The position numbers were made by a program, and so were the translations under genes. 64,000 nucleotides of DNA, taken from assembly GCF_009914755.1 (NCBI RefSeq), contig NC_060928.1, one strand, 5' to 3'. Positions 22,531 to 35,537 of the stretch are shown here, piece by piece. The notes under the pieces were generated by a model. The model searched no databases. It saw only the letters and a list, made by a program, of their open reading frames with translations, and was not told the DNA's origin. The stretch is from the human T2T-CHM13v2.0 reference genome, Homo sapiens. Within the stretch, counting starts at the first letter, position 1, and each line of letters starts with the position of its first letter.

Positions 22531-22715
22531 AGTTGTCCAGAAAGCAATCTGCTTGCACCAGGCCTTTTGCTCCTGGAACATCCCATGTTTTTAACTTCGC
22601 TGATACTTTGTTTTGCTCTAGAGGGAGTGGAAACTAGCTTAAGGAGGTGAAAACATATCTCGTTATGAAATGGCAATTCATTTTCCTAAAACTATACAGG
22701 GAATTCAGTTTCCCC

Positions 22716-22804
22716 ATATCTAAAAAGAGTGGGTGGGCTATGAAATATCTAAAAAGAGTGGGTGGGCTATGAAATATCTAAAAAGAGTGGGTGGTCTATG
22801 AAAT
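22716..22804. repeat. 29-bp minisatellite, 3 copies
   Basis: ATATCTAAAAAGAGTGGGTGGGCTATGAA x3; the third copy has one substitution. Confidence 0.95.
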
Positions 22805-22844
22805 GGAATGGGTTAAAGACTTCTCTGAAGGCCTTAATTTCTAA

Positions 22845-23025
22845 TATAGCGGTTTGTATCTGCTGTGTACGCAGATGAGAGTTGTACCTAACCGAGGAGC
22901 GGGCGGTCCTTGCAGCGTGGGCTCCAGGAAAGGAAAGGAAGCCTTGACGCAGCATCATTTATGGACTTGAACACTAGGTGTCGCTCGCGCACTTGTTTTC
23001 AGCCGTAGGATTCAGAGACGGTATT
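22845..23025. promoter_or_regulatory. Small CpG-retaining unique patch, candidate promoter or first exon
   Basis: 12 CpGs in ~170 bp; GGGCGG (22901), TGACGCA (22945), TAACCG (22889). Confidence 0.4.
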
Positions 23026-25013
23026 TTAGGCTTAGACCCAACACTTGATTTACAGTTCTTCCGAATCTTTGCCCCACACTTATACATTGTTTTCGGATGT
23101 TTGTGCCAATCTCCTGCTAACCTATGCTCTCTGCCTGAACCTCATTCACCTGCCTCAAATTTCTGGCTTATTGAAGAACAGAACTCCTTAATTCCATTTC
23201 ACTGCTTTCTAGGTCTCAACATTTTTGCTCTTCTTTTCTGAGAAGTGTTCGGCAGTATACCATATCTACACTCCCATCCATAGGCCTCTTAGTGCACCAG
23301 ATCCAAAATATCTTATATAAAGGATGATATAAATATCTTACATAAAATATAAATGTATAATGTCTATAAAATATCTTTCAGTATCTTTTAATATCTAAAG
23401 TACCTTGTGTAACGATCTTATACAAAGTATGACATCTTATATAAAGTATTATATAAAGTCATTGATTCACTGAACAAACATTATTTAGTTTTGTGTGCAG
23501 CATAGAATCATCTTATGTTTTGATGTAAACACTCAAGTATTTGTTCCTGATGTATTCAGAAGAATATTTAGGGAATATGAAAATTCCCTAACACATATAA
23601 AGGATATCGTTTATCCACTGGAGTGTATAGATAGGATAATTTTTCTAAAAATATGAGTTCTCTCTCTTAGAAAAAGATAAATACATTCTGTGTTGCTTCT
23701 AATGTTTGTCAGGGGAAGGAGGCCACATTGAGTTCTATTGTGAGAAAAGAAGCAGAATGAGAATGAGGTCTTTTGCATGGAAGGGATAATGAGAGTTTGG
23801 GCAGAGCAGGAAGAGACTACTAAAGAGGGGACGAAGTCAGCAAAAGGATGGACTTGGCTAGGGAGAGCCTGTATTCATGCCCCTGAGAGGTCTGAGCGTG
23901 GTTGATGACCTGGAATGGGTGTATTCTTTGTGTCCAAACCTGTGGCTCAGGGATGACCTAGCTGGGCCAGCTGTCCTCATTAAATAGTCATTATTTTTAT
24001 TAAATGGAGGATCGTGCTTCATTCAAAGTCATTAACAGCTAGTATCAATGACTAAGATATTGACTGCCTAGTAGTAGCAACATCCCTGCCTACACCCAGA
24101 GATATTATCAGCCAATTACCTCATCATCTGGTTATGGGGGAATCTGTGTTCTGCGCCATGCCTTGAGCATGACACATATTTTGGCAAACCTATGTCTAGG
24201 TTTCCTTTCTGCAATACCATATGAAATAGTAAACTCGAGTGACCACTGGACTTCTAATGGGATGAGCAGTGTGGCAGAAGTTTCTGTTTTGCTAGGACCA
24301 TCCTAACCTAAGAAAGTCATGAAGTAAACTCCACAGTATCGTGTATGAAATTCTATGCTAGGCATTGTAGACTAAATAGAGATGAATAAGACTTGATTCC
24401 TTATGTCTGATTCCTGTTTATGGGGCAGAATGGATACTATGGGTCCATGATAAAGTGTCAGGTCAGGAGGGGAATACATTGGGGTAAGTATTTCCCTACT
24501 TGAGACAGTAAATGCAAATAAGGTTTTGTAAGTCCCTTTACTCTTAAGGTAGGGCTCAACTCTGTTTTAATACATTTCTGACTTCTGAGTTCATTGGTTT
24601 ATGTGTGAAACAAAAAGATTACTTTCTTAATTTCTTGAAAAAGTCCAATATCATCTGTAAAGTCTTTTGTTGATGTTATATGATATCACACAGAGGAAGA
24701 ATTATGGGTTGGATCGTAATACTATTAGCTTGATGAGTTTCTGGCTGAACATTGAACCACACATTGCTAATCTGATATGTTTTCTGCTGGTAAATATCAG
24801 AGCCTTGTTGTGGCCCGTATTCTGTTCAATACGTTCATCAGGGATTTGGATAAAGATATGAAGGACACACTCACCAAACATGTGGATGACACAGAGTTAA
24901 GAGGGTTCATGAAAAAAAACCCTAAATGACAGAATCAGATGAAAGCGGTCCTAACATGATAGAAAGATGAACCAAACTCTAAAAGAAGTGTGATAGAGAT
25001 AAACATTAAGCAC

Positions 25014-25024
25014 TATATATATAA

Positions 25025-25055
<31 letters not shown>
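25014..25055. repeat. (TA)n microsatellite
   Basis: Interrupted TA run. Confidence 0.85.
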
Positions 25056-25066
25056 TACTTTAGTAT

Positions 25067-25401
25067 TGTTAACCAAAATAAACTAGGTTCCTGCACTAGG
25101 CCTGACAGACCAAACCAACATAAAGTTGAACTCCAGGAGCTGAGCTTTAGTTACTGCAGGACTCTCCGTAGCCAGTTAACCAATGAAGCTGTATCCAATT
25201 CAGTTTTCTGTACACCGTACTTCTGTTTCCTATAAATGCTGTCAGATCATGTTATTAGTTGGAGTTCTCTGAACCTGCCCTGGTTCAGAGGACTGCCTGA
25301 TTTGTGAATCATTTTCATTCTGTTTTTACTTTGCTTTGCTTTCCTCTGCTCAAATAAAGTCAGTTAAATTTAAATTTGGTCTAAGGTTTTTCTGTTTAAC
25401 A
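25067..25401 (+). mobile_element. Short ERV1 solo LTR (MER57/MER72-like)
   Basis: TGTTAA…CTATAAAT…GCTCAAATAAA…TTTAACA; near-TSD GTAT/GCAT. Confidence 0.65.
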
Positions 25402-26028
25402 GCATTGTTGAATCTTAACATTAGAAGTATGACAAAACAAAAACAAGCAAAAACGTAACAGAATATAATAGTTCAAAACACAATATTTGGTATTACAGTG
25501 AGACATGGTTAAATAGGTAAGGCATAAATCTCTCTCTGTGAGTTCTAGATCAGCTTATCAAGATCATTAAAATAGCAACAGCCTGAATCCTGAACTTTCA
25601 TTTTGTCTCTTTGGAAACTGTATTTTTGACATTGACAGGCTTAAGGCAGCCTTATTTATTCTGAAAATAACTAGACAGAGAAGTCTTCATGAGCAAGAAT
25701 ATCTTAAACTTTCATGATTCCAGCTAAGAATAGCCTGTCTACAGTGTGACATATTGGCTACATTTGTCAGCCTTTTTATTCATGAGGATAGTCACACACT
25801 TTTAAGATCACCAAACAAAACCACCCTATCCATCCATTGACTTTCTTTCTCCCTTTATCACTCAAAGTGAATTCAGCATTGAATTTGTTTACCTGCATTA
25901 GGTAACAGTTTTGGAACCGGTTGCATGAGGGGAAGTAATGATACAGTTCTTTCATTCTATAATATTTTTCGTGAATCCACTGCAGTGTTTAGGGTTATCC
26001 ATAGGAATGTTTAAAAGAGGTTTTCTGC

Positions 26029-26341
26029 AGCCGGGTGCAGTGACTCATGCCTGTAATCCCAGCACTTTGGAAGGCCGAGGCAGGTGGATCACCTGAGGTC
26101 GGGAGTTCAAGAGCAGCCTGGTCAACATGGTGAAACCCTGTCTCTACTAAAAATACAAAAAAATTAGCCGGGCGTGGTGGCGAGCACCTGTAATCCCAGC
26201 TACTTGGGAGGCTGAGACAGAGAATCGCTTGAACCTGGGAGGTGAAAGTTGCAGTGAACCGAGATTTCACCAATGCACTCCAGCCTGGATGACAGAGTGA
26301 GACTCTGTCTCAAAACAAAACAAAACAAAACAAAACAAAAA
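26029..26341 (+). mobile_element. AluS (Sq/Sp-like) with (CAAAA)n tail
   Basis: Dimeric Alu with A-rich linker; GGTCGGGAGTTC. Confidence 0.93.
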
Positions 26342-27084
26342 CTGTATCCAAGAGTAATTTTTTACTTGATTTGATACTTGAGAGATTCTCATGTATCTGA
26401 GAAGCACCTCCATCGTAAATATGTGATCCACCCCAACAACTGAAAGCATATTGGTTACAATTTTTGCAGAATTAGAGCACAGCTCATGTTCCTTCTATCT
26501 CGTTAGGCATATGGGAACATCACTCTGGATGATGATGTAATTTCACAAGTGTTGACCATTGAGGTCGCTGAGTTAACCTTAATTTCTTGTCAGCCCTCAG
26601 TGTTGCCTCTTACATGCTCACCAGTCTCTACTCTGTTGTCCTGATTGTTGAACTTTGGTGGTGATCACCTCACTCAGATCCACACCCACCTGTTCACCTG
26701 TTTCTGAGAGTGGTCCTGAGCATTTCCAGGTTGGGCATGGTAGAGGTTCAGTGGGACTGGTGGAGATTGAGGTGGCAGTAATGGGATCCATTATTTTAAG
26801 GATAAAACTTATAAATTACAACTAACAAGACAAAAAACCCCATCTAATCTTTAAGAACAAGATGCTACAGATTTAGCAGTAATGTTTGTGAAAATGTCTT
26901 AGGGGCTATAAAGAAGAATATTCTCAAATGAATCAACTGTAATGTAGCAGCAGAAACATCAATATGTTAAACAATATTAGTGGAAGTGAATTTGAGTGAG
27001 TGAGTGGGTGTAATCCTCCTCTTGTGAGTTGATCAGGCCACACCTGGGAACTGCTTTCAGGTTTTAGCAATATGCTTTTCTTTC

Positions 27085-27505
27085 AAAAATAACATTGATT
27101 ATTTTTATTACAAAGTAATATCACTGTAGAAAATCTAGAAAGCACAGAAAAATACATCAATTAAAAATAATCTATAACCCCGCTGATCGGATAGAATCAT
27201 TAACATTTTGTTATGTCTTCTTTCAGATATATGCACACACACATAAATACATATGTACATATGATCACATTTTGTTTTGTCATCTTTTATCCCCACTTGA
27301 CAACATATCTCAGTTTCTCAGTTAAGTGACATTCTGTTGTCTATTCAAACACTTTTAAAATTTATCATATAGGTATACTACACTATTATTCTTAAATATT
27401 AGAAGTAATGCTATGATGCACATTATTACAGATAAACATTTGCTTATATTCCTGAACATTTCCCTAAAGAAAATTCTTAGATGTGTAAATTCTGGATAAC
27501 AAGAG
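27085..27505 (-). mobile_element. Ancient L1ME-type 3' fragment
   Basis: ttattacaaagtaata…tgtagaaaatctagaaa…aacattttg pattern. Confidence 0.5.
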
Positions 27506-27910
27506 TATTGGCATTACTCTTTAAGAGAGACATGGACAAACCGAGGTATGTTCAGAATAGTGACTTTATTTATGGACTGGAAACAATATCATTTGAGGAT
27601 AGTTGCAAGAGAAAAAAATGGAGATTCAAAACTTTTCACATATTTCAGTGCTTGTCATTGAAAAGAAGAATTATATAAGTCAAAAATACATTGTTTAGTA
27701 CCAGTAGCTTGAAGCTACAGGAGACAGATGGTACAGTACCATGTGAAATGCTTGTTACTGTCAGAGCTATTAAAAGTGAATTAGGGCGAGGGTGACTCAA
27801 GGGGAAGAGAGTGGCCTGAACTTGGAGGTACTGAGTATAGGCCAATAGCCATTTAAATGTGGCCAAGGGGATTCAGAGGCTAAGCGTGGATCTTACTAAG
27901 GCTAAGGACT

Positions 27911-28258
27911 TTTTTATTATTATTATTTTTATTTTTTGTATTATACTTTAAGTTCCAGGGTACATGTGCACAACGTGCAGGTTTGTTACATATGTATACA
28001 TCTGCCATGTTGGTGTGCTGCACCCATTAACTCATCATTTACATTAGGTATATCTCCCAATGCTAGCCCTCCCCCTCCCCCCACCCCACGACAGGCCCAG
28101 TGGGTGATGTTCCCCACCCTGTGTCCAAGTGTTCTCATTGTTCAATTCCCACCTATGAGTGAGAACATGCGGTGTTTGGTTTTCTGTGCTTGCGATAGTT
28201 TGCTCAGAATGGTGGTTCCAGCCTCATCCATGTCCCTACAAAGGACATGAACTCATCC
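27911..28258 (-). mobile_element. L1PA 3' end, 5'-truncated (~350 bp)
   Basis: ttatactttaagttccagggtacatgtgcac…; TSD GGCTAAGGACT/GGCTAAAGACT. Confidence 0.92.
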
Positions 28259-28334
28259 GGCTAAAGACTCTTCTAATGCTCTGAGTCAATAATTTGTCCT
28301 AAGTGGAAAATCTTAAGAAATGAATACCTGATGA

Positions 28335-28703
28335 GTTTTGTTTTTATGTTTTATTTCCATAGGTGTTTTTGGGAACAGGTAGTGTTTGGTTAGATGAATA
28401 AGTTCTTTTGTGGTGATTTCTGAGATTTTGGTGCCCCCATCACCCGAGCAGTATACACTGTACCTAATTTGTAGTCTTTTATTCCTCATCTCCACCCAGC
28501 ATTCCCCCCGCAGTCTCCAAAGTCCATTGTGTCATTCTTATGTCTTTGCATCCTCACAGCTTAGCTCCTACTTATGAGTGACAACTTATGATGTTTGGTT
28601 TTCCATCCCTGAGTTACTTCACTTAAAGCAATGGTCTCCAATTCCTTCCAGGTTGCTGCAAATGCCATTATTTCATTCCTTTTTATGGTTGAGTAGTATC
28701 CAT
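28335..28703 (-). mobile_element. L1PB 3' end fragment
   Basis: gggaacaggtagtgtttggtt…gtggtgatttctgagattttggtg. Confidence 0.8.
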
Positions 28704-28783
28704 GGCTGGTTAGATTGTTTTGTTGTTTGGTTGTTTTTTCATGTTGGTAGAGGGTAGTTTACACAGGGTTTTGGAAAATATAA

Positions 28784-29179
<396 letters not shown>

Positions 29180-30089
29180 TGGATTGTTTTGATAATGAAA
29201 TAGATAATAATTTCCGTTGTTATAGTGCTTATTATCACCTGGATATTTTAAAATATTAATCAGTTTTTTATTTTTTATAATCCACTCACATATGTAATAG
29301 GATGGATGCCCAGCTAAAGGTCCTATGAGGTGTTTTCCTCCCCTTCATTCTAGGGAGAGAACTATCAGAACTTGTTGTCCTTTGTGGATATGAAGGCAGT
29401 TTCCTGACAAAGGGTCTTCCTGGATGCAGCTGGAGCTGAGAGTAGCATTTGACACAGAGTAGGTGTGTGTGAATGGATGAATGGATGGATGAATGAACAG
29501 TGTAATGCCCTCTGGAGGGTGAAGAGAATACTTCTATTATGTAAGAAGAGAGATGTAATCAGACTCTGTGTTTCCCAGATGGAAAGGAATACCTGCTTGA
29601 TCTTTGAGGAAGTTGATTCCTTAGAAGGAAAAAGTGACAGTGGCTTAGGGTCTACAAAGGGAGGAAACTAAGCACACTGCTCCTGGGCTTGCCCCTTCGG
29701 ACAGGCTAAGGATGGGTGACTAAGGGAGATAGAAAGGCCTGTTCTGTCTTGGTCTAATTCAGAAAGAGTTGGGTTATCCTCTCTTTAAGGTCTACTTGGT
29801 TCCTCTGTGGGAACAGAATGAATACCAGCCCCGATGACCAGCACCAAAACCAGCATCAGAATCAGCATCATCTCTTGAAAGGGGACTAGGGGTATCAGCT
29901 CCCATGTGCCAGCAAGAAGCAGTGGCATTAGTAACACTGTTAGAAGAGTAAAGTTTCTTTTTGCTTGGATATAGAAGTTGGACTGCATTCTCATATTTGG
30001 GCTGAGAAAGCTATTACGTTCTTGGGTAATGTAAGGATAAGTTTGCCTCTAAAGAAAGATCTAGGAGAATGTAAGCTAACTGGAAGTAG

Positions 30090-30185
30090 AAATTCCTGCT
30101 CATTTTGTTTATTGATGTGTCCCGCGCATAGAACAATGACCGACACATAGTAGTGACTCAATGAATATTTATTGTATAAATGAAT
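30090..30185 (+). mobile_element. L2 3' end
   Basis: cacatagtagtgactcaatgaatatttattgtataaatgaat. Confidence 0.55.
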
Positions 30186-31378
30186 ACTGTATTTTCTGCT
30201 AATGTGGCAAATAGTGCTTAAACTATTAATCAGGAAAGTAAAAATGTGATGACATGTTCTGATTTGTGGAGCATTTATATCATCTCTTAATTATATATTT
30301 GCACATAAATAAGAAGATGGGAATATATGGGAAAAGACTACATTTTTATTCTGAAATCAGAACTCTTTTTAACTCACCTCAATACTACAACCTACCTAAA
30401 CATAATTTTGTTAATGTCATCACTGTTACCGGTGAGTAGATTATAATACTTATCTTTCAAATCAAATTTTTGTCTGTGTTGTGAAAGCCACAATTAGATG
30501 GAGCAAGGATCAATAAAGTATCCAGTTAATACACCAGAATATAAATGAAATGAATCATAGGAAATGAAATGACTTTTGACAAATGCTGAGACAAATGCTG
30601 TGGCACAAAACCACAGGTTGTCATTTGAAATTGATATTGTAGGGAAACTGTAGTTGCAGCATGAACTCTAATATATAAATCTTCCATGGCACAGGTGTTC
30701 ACTAATTTGATTTCTAAAAATGCTAGGCATTATGAAATGAAACATATTTCTGAGCATTTCTGACTCATTTACAGATTCAGATATATTTCTTTCTTTTTTT
30801 TCCCTATAGCTCATATAAAGAGACTAAGAAGGATGTTTATTTTAGAGTTTCGAATTTTCATTTTTATTTAAAAGACTAGCCATAACTAGGCATTAAAACT
30901 TGTTTTTTGCTATCTCTTTCCTTTTTTGTAGAAAGGCTTCAAGATAGGATTTGAAAATGTCAACAACAAAATAAGACTATTCAACCTGAAGCCTTTTGGC
31001 AGAATAAATACATATTTGTGCTATATTTGATACAAATACATAAAAGAGTTTGGGTGGACAGCAGCCATTAGGCAAATTAAAGCTTCACTCTCCAAAGTGT
31101 GCATAGGTTGTATTGTGCACCAATGGACGGCAGTTCCTGAGAAGTATAAGAATAAATGGAAATGTTAAGATCAGAATTTATATAACAAGAAATTTTATAA
31201 GGCAGGTGAGAAAATACATGTGGATATTATAGTTTTTTTAGCTTTATTGACATATAATTGTCTAATAAAAATTGTACATATTAAAGGGGTAAAATGTAAT
31301 GTTTGATGTACATAAACAATGTGAAGTGCTTACCACACTCAAGCTAATTAATATATTCACCACCTCATATAGTTACCA

Positions 31379-31379
<1 letters not shown>

Positions 31380-31422
<43 letters not shown>
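31380..31422. repeat. (TG)n microsatellite
   Basis: About 20 perfect TG units. Confidence 0.95.
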
Positions 31423-31423
<1 letters not shown>

Positions 31424-32495
31424 TGAGGACACATAAAATATACTCTCTTAGAAAATTTCAAGAATATTTTTATTATTAACTATAGTTCCTCATGCTACAC
31501 CATAGGTCTCCAGAAATTATTCATCTCATGGCTGCAAGGTTGTAACCTTTAACATCTTCGGATCCCTGCGGCCCCACCCACCACTGTCACTAACCCCTGG
31601 TAACCTCCCTTCTACTCTCTGTTTCTAGGAGTTTGACATTTTGGGATTCCGCATGTAAATGAGATCATTCAGTATTTTGTCTTTCTGTGTCTGGCTTATT
31701 TCACTTAGCATAATGTCCTCCATTTTACCATGTTGCCACAAATGGCAGGATTTCCTTATTTTTAAAGGCCAAGTAATACTCCATTATATCTATCTATCCA
31801 TCCATCCATCCATCCATCCATCATCTTTCTCTCTCTCTCTCTCTCTATCACCTATCACATTTTCTTTATCCATTCATCTGTTGATGAACACTTAAGTTGT
31901 TTTCCTATCTTGGCTCTTGTGAATAATTCTGTAATGAGCATGGGAGTGCCAGTATCTCTTGGAGATAGTGATTTATTTCCTCAGAATAGTATAGTGAGAA
32001 GTGGGATTTCTGTATTATATGGTAAATCTATTTTTAATTTTCTTGAGGAAGCTCCATACTGTTTTCCATAATAGCCATACCAATTTACATTCCCACCAAC
32101 AATATATAAGTTCCCTTTTTGTGACATCCTCACTAATACTTGGTGTCTTTTTGACTTTTTGATAATAGCCATCCTGACAGACGTGAGGTGATACCTCACT
32201 GTGGTTTTGATTTGCATTCCCCAGATGACTAGTGATGTTGAGCACTTTTTCATATACCTGTTGGTCATTTGTGTCTTCTTTTGAAAAATGTTTCTTCGGG
32301 TCCTTTGCCCATCTTTAAAATTTGGTAATTTAGTTTTTTCTTGTTGAGTTGTAGTAGTTTCCTATGTGTTTTGGAATATTAACTCTACTGGATACGTGGT
32401 TTGCAAATATTTTCTCCCATTATATGGGTCATCTTTTCATTTTGTTGATTATTTCCTTTGTCATGCAGAAACTTTTAGCTTGATGTAGTACCACT

Positions 32496-32935
32496 TGTGA
32501 AAGGAAAATAAATCTTGGGGCCCCCAAATCTCTAAGCTAAAGGGAAAAGTCAAGCTGGGAACTACTTAGGGCAAAACTGCCTCCCATTCTATTCAAAGTC
32601 GCCCCTCGCTCACTGAGATAAATGCATATCTGATTGCCTCCTTTGGAAAGGCTAATCAGAAACTCCAAATAATGCAATCATTTGTCTCTTGTCTACCTAT
32701 AATCTGGAAGCCCCTCCTCGCTTTTAGTTGTCCCACCTTTTCAGACCGAACCAATGTTTATCTTACATATGTTGATTGATGTCTCCTGTCTCCCTAAAAT
32801 GTATAAAACTAAACTGTGGTTTGGGCACAAGTTGTCAGGACATCCTGAGGCTGTGTGATGGGCGCACATCCTCAATCTTGGCAAAATAAACTTTCTAAAT
32901 TAACAGAGACCTGTCTCAGATATTCGGGGTTCACA
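32496..32935 (+). mobile_element. MER4A-type solo LTR
   Basis: TGTGAAAGGAAAATAAATCTTGGGG…GGGTTCACA; TSD CACT. Confidence 0.88.
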
Positions 32936-33841
32936 CACTTACTTGTTTTTGTTTTTGTTGCCTATGTTTTTGGTATCATATTAAAAAATTCATTGCCAAG
33001 ATCAATGTCGTGAAGCTTTTCCTCTGTGTTTTCTTTTAGTAGTTTTACAGTTTCAGGTCTTTTGTCTAAGTATTTAATCCATTTTAAGTTGACTTTTGTA
33101 TATGGTGAAAGATAAGGGTCCAGTTTCTTTCTTTTGCATGTGAATATCCAGTTTTTCCGGCACCATTTACTGAAGAGACTATCTTTTCTCCATTGGATAT
33201 TTGATATCTTTATCAAAGATTAGTTGACTGTATATGTGTAAGTTTATTTCTGGGCATTCTATTCTGTTTCTTTGGTCTATGTGTCTGTTTTTATGCCAAT
33301 ACCATACTGTTCTAATTACTATCACTTTGTAATATAATGTAAAATTAGGAAGTGTAATGTCTCCAGCTTTATTCTTCTTGCTCAAGATTGCTTTAGCTAT
33401 TCACAGTGTTTTGTGGTTTCATGCAAATTTTAGGATTGTTTTTCTATTTCAGTAAAAAATGGCATTAAAATTTTGATAGTGATTGCACTGAATCTATAGA
33501 TCATTTTGGATAGTATGGACATTCTGACAATACTGATTCCTCTGATTCATAAACATGGCATATCTTTCCATTTACTTATGTCTTCTTTAATTTCTCTTAT
33601 CAATTTTTATAGTTTTTAGGGTACAGATCTTTTACTTCCTTGGTTAAATTTATTCCTGAGTATTTTATTATTTTTGGTGCTATTGTAAAAGGAATTGTTT
33701 TATTAATGTCCTTTCAGATAGTTTGTTATTAGTGTATAGACATTAAAAACTGATTTTTGTATGTTGATTTTGTATCATGCAACTTTAAAAAATTGGTTTA
33801 TTAGGTTTTTTTGTGTAGCATCTTTAGGATTTTCTACATGG

Positions 33842-34073
33842 CACATTGCAGCCCTGAACTTCCAGGTTCAAGTGATGCTTCCACTTCAGCCTCCCAAGTA
33901 GCTGGGACTACAGGTGTGCACCATCATGACTAGCTACTTTTTAAAAATTTTCTGGAAGAGATGAGGTCTCACCATGTTGCCCAGGCTGATTTTGAGCTCC
34001 TGAGTGCAAGTAATCCTCCTGCCTTGGCCTCCCAAAGTGCTGGGAATTCAGGTATGAGCCACCATGCCTGGTC
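33842..34073 (-). mobile_element. AluJ, 3' end and tail missing
   Basis: Antisense Alu beginning inside the right arm. Confidence 0.8.
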
Positions 34074-35089
34074 CCTTTATGCTGTAGTTATAAGTCATTT
34101 ACACACTACCTTTACAGTATTAAAGTATTTGAACTGGACTATGTACTTCATTTTACCACTGTTTTTAATACTTTTATATGTTTTCATGTTACTAGCTAGT
34201 GACTTTTTATTTCAGCTTGAAGAACTCCCTTTTGTATTTCTTGTAAGGCAGTTGTAATGGTGAAGAAGTCTCAGCTTTGTTTTGTCTGGGTAAGTCTTTA
34301 TCCTTTCTTCATCCCTGAAGGACAGCTATGCTGAGTAAAGTGTTCTTATTTAATAGTTTTTTTTTTCTTTTAGCACTTTGTCTATATCATTCTGCTCTCC
34401 TCTGGTTTACAACATTTCTGCAGAGAAATCTGCTAATAGCTGGTTAGAAGTTCCCTGGTATATGAGGATCTTCTTTTCTCTTGCTGCTTTCAAGATTCTA
34501 TCTTGGTCTTTGATGTTTGACAGTTTATTATCATTTGACTACCAACGTGTAGTTTTCTTTGGGTAGAATTTATTAGAAACTTCTGAACTTACTATACATG
34601 GTTGTTTATTTTTTCTTCCAGATTTGGAAAGCCTTCAGCCATTATCTCTTTAAATAAGCTTCCTGTCCTTTCTTTCTCTATCCTCTTCTTAAATGTCTAT
34701 AATATGAAAGTTAGTTCTCTTGATAGTGTCCCATCAATCTTGTAGGCTTTCTTTTTTCCTTTCCATCTTTTCTTTTATCATCTGACTGGATATTTTTAAA
34801 TAACCAGTCTTTGAGCTCACAGATTTTTCTTCTTCTTTATCAAGTAAGCTGTTGATGCTCTCTATTTCATTTTATTCATTGTATTTGTCAGCTCCAGATT
34901 TTCTGTTTTTTTAAAAATAATTTTAATCTCCTTGGTTAAGCTTTTAGTTTTGTTCATGTATTATATTTCTGATATTATTGAATTGCCTTTCTGTGTTCTA
35001 TTGCAGTTCACTGAGCTTATTTAAAACAATTATTTTGAATTCTTTGCTAGATGATTCATAGATATCTATTTTTGGGAGTTGGTTACTGG

Positions 35090-35537
35090 TGTGAACCCCA
35101 ACAATTTGAGACAGGTCTCCATTAATTTAGAAAGTTTATTTTGCCAATACTGAGGATGTGCATCCATGACATAGCCTCAGGAGGTCCTGACGACTTGTGC
35201 CCAAGGTGGTCAGAACACAGTTTGGTTTTATACATTTTAGGGAGATATAAGACATCCATCAACATGTAAGATGAACATTGGTTCAGTCTGGAAAGGTGGG
35301 ACAACTGGAAGTGGGGAGGGGGCTTCCAGGTCACAGGTAGATAAGAGATAACTGGTTGCATTCTTTTGGGTTTCTGATTAGCCTCTCCAAATGAGGCAAT
35401 CAGATATGCATTTATCTCAGTGAGCAGAGGGGTGGCTTTGAATAGAATGGGAGGGCAGCTTTGCCCTAAGCAGTTCCCAGCTTAACTTTTCCCTTTAGCT
35501 TAGTGATTTGGGGAGTCCATGATATTTTACTTTCACA
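35090..35537 (-). mobile_element. MER4A-type solo LTR
   Basis: Reverse-complement homolog of 32496-32935; TSD CTGG. Confidence 0.88.

Larger units (their letters stand above)
24650..27700 (+). mobile_element. L3/CR1 LINE relic in three fragments (~24650-24990, ~26860-27085, ~27515-27700)
   Basis: 24811-24905 translates to approximately …LFNTFIRDLDKDMKDTLTKHVDDTELRG, like the CR1 RT motif LFNIFINDLD…FADDTKLGG. The later pieces carry tcaggccacacctgg and agagagacatggacaaac blocks. Confidence 0.7.

Noticed and set aside
22716-22804. 29-bp direct repeats of CRISPR-like length
   Set aside because: Head-to-tail with no spacers; a minisatellite.
32496-35537. Inverted LTR pair as the terminal inverted repeats of one DNA transposon, or as one provirus
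   Set aside because: Each LTR has its own TSD and the DNA between them is L1 and Alu.
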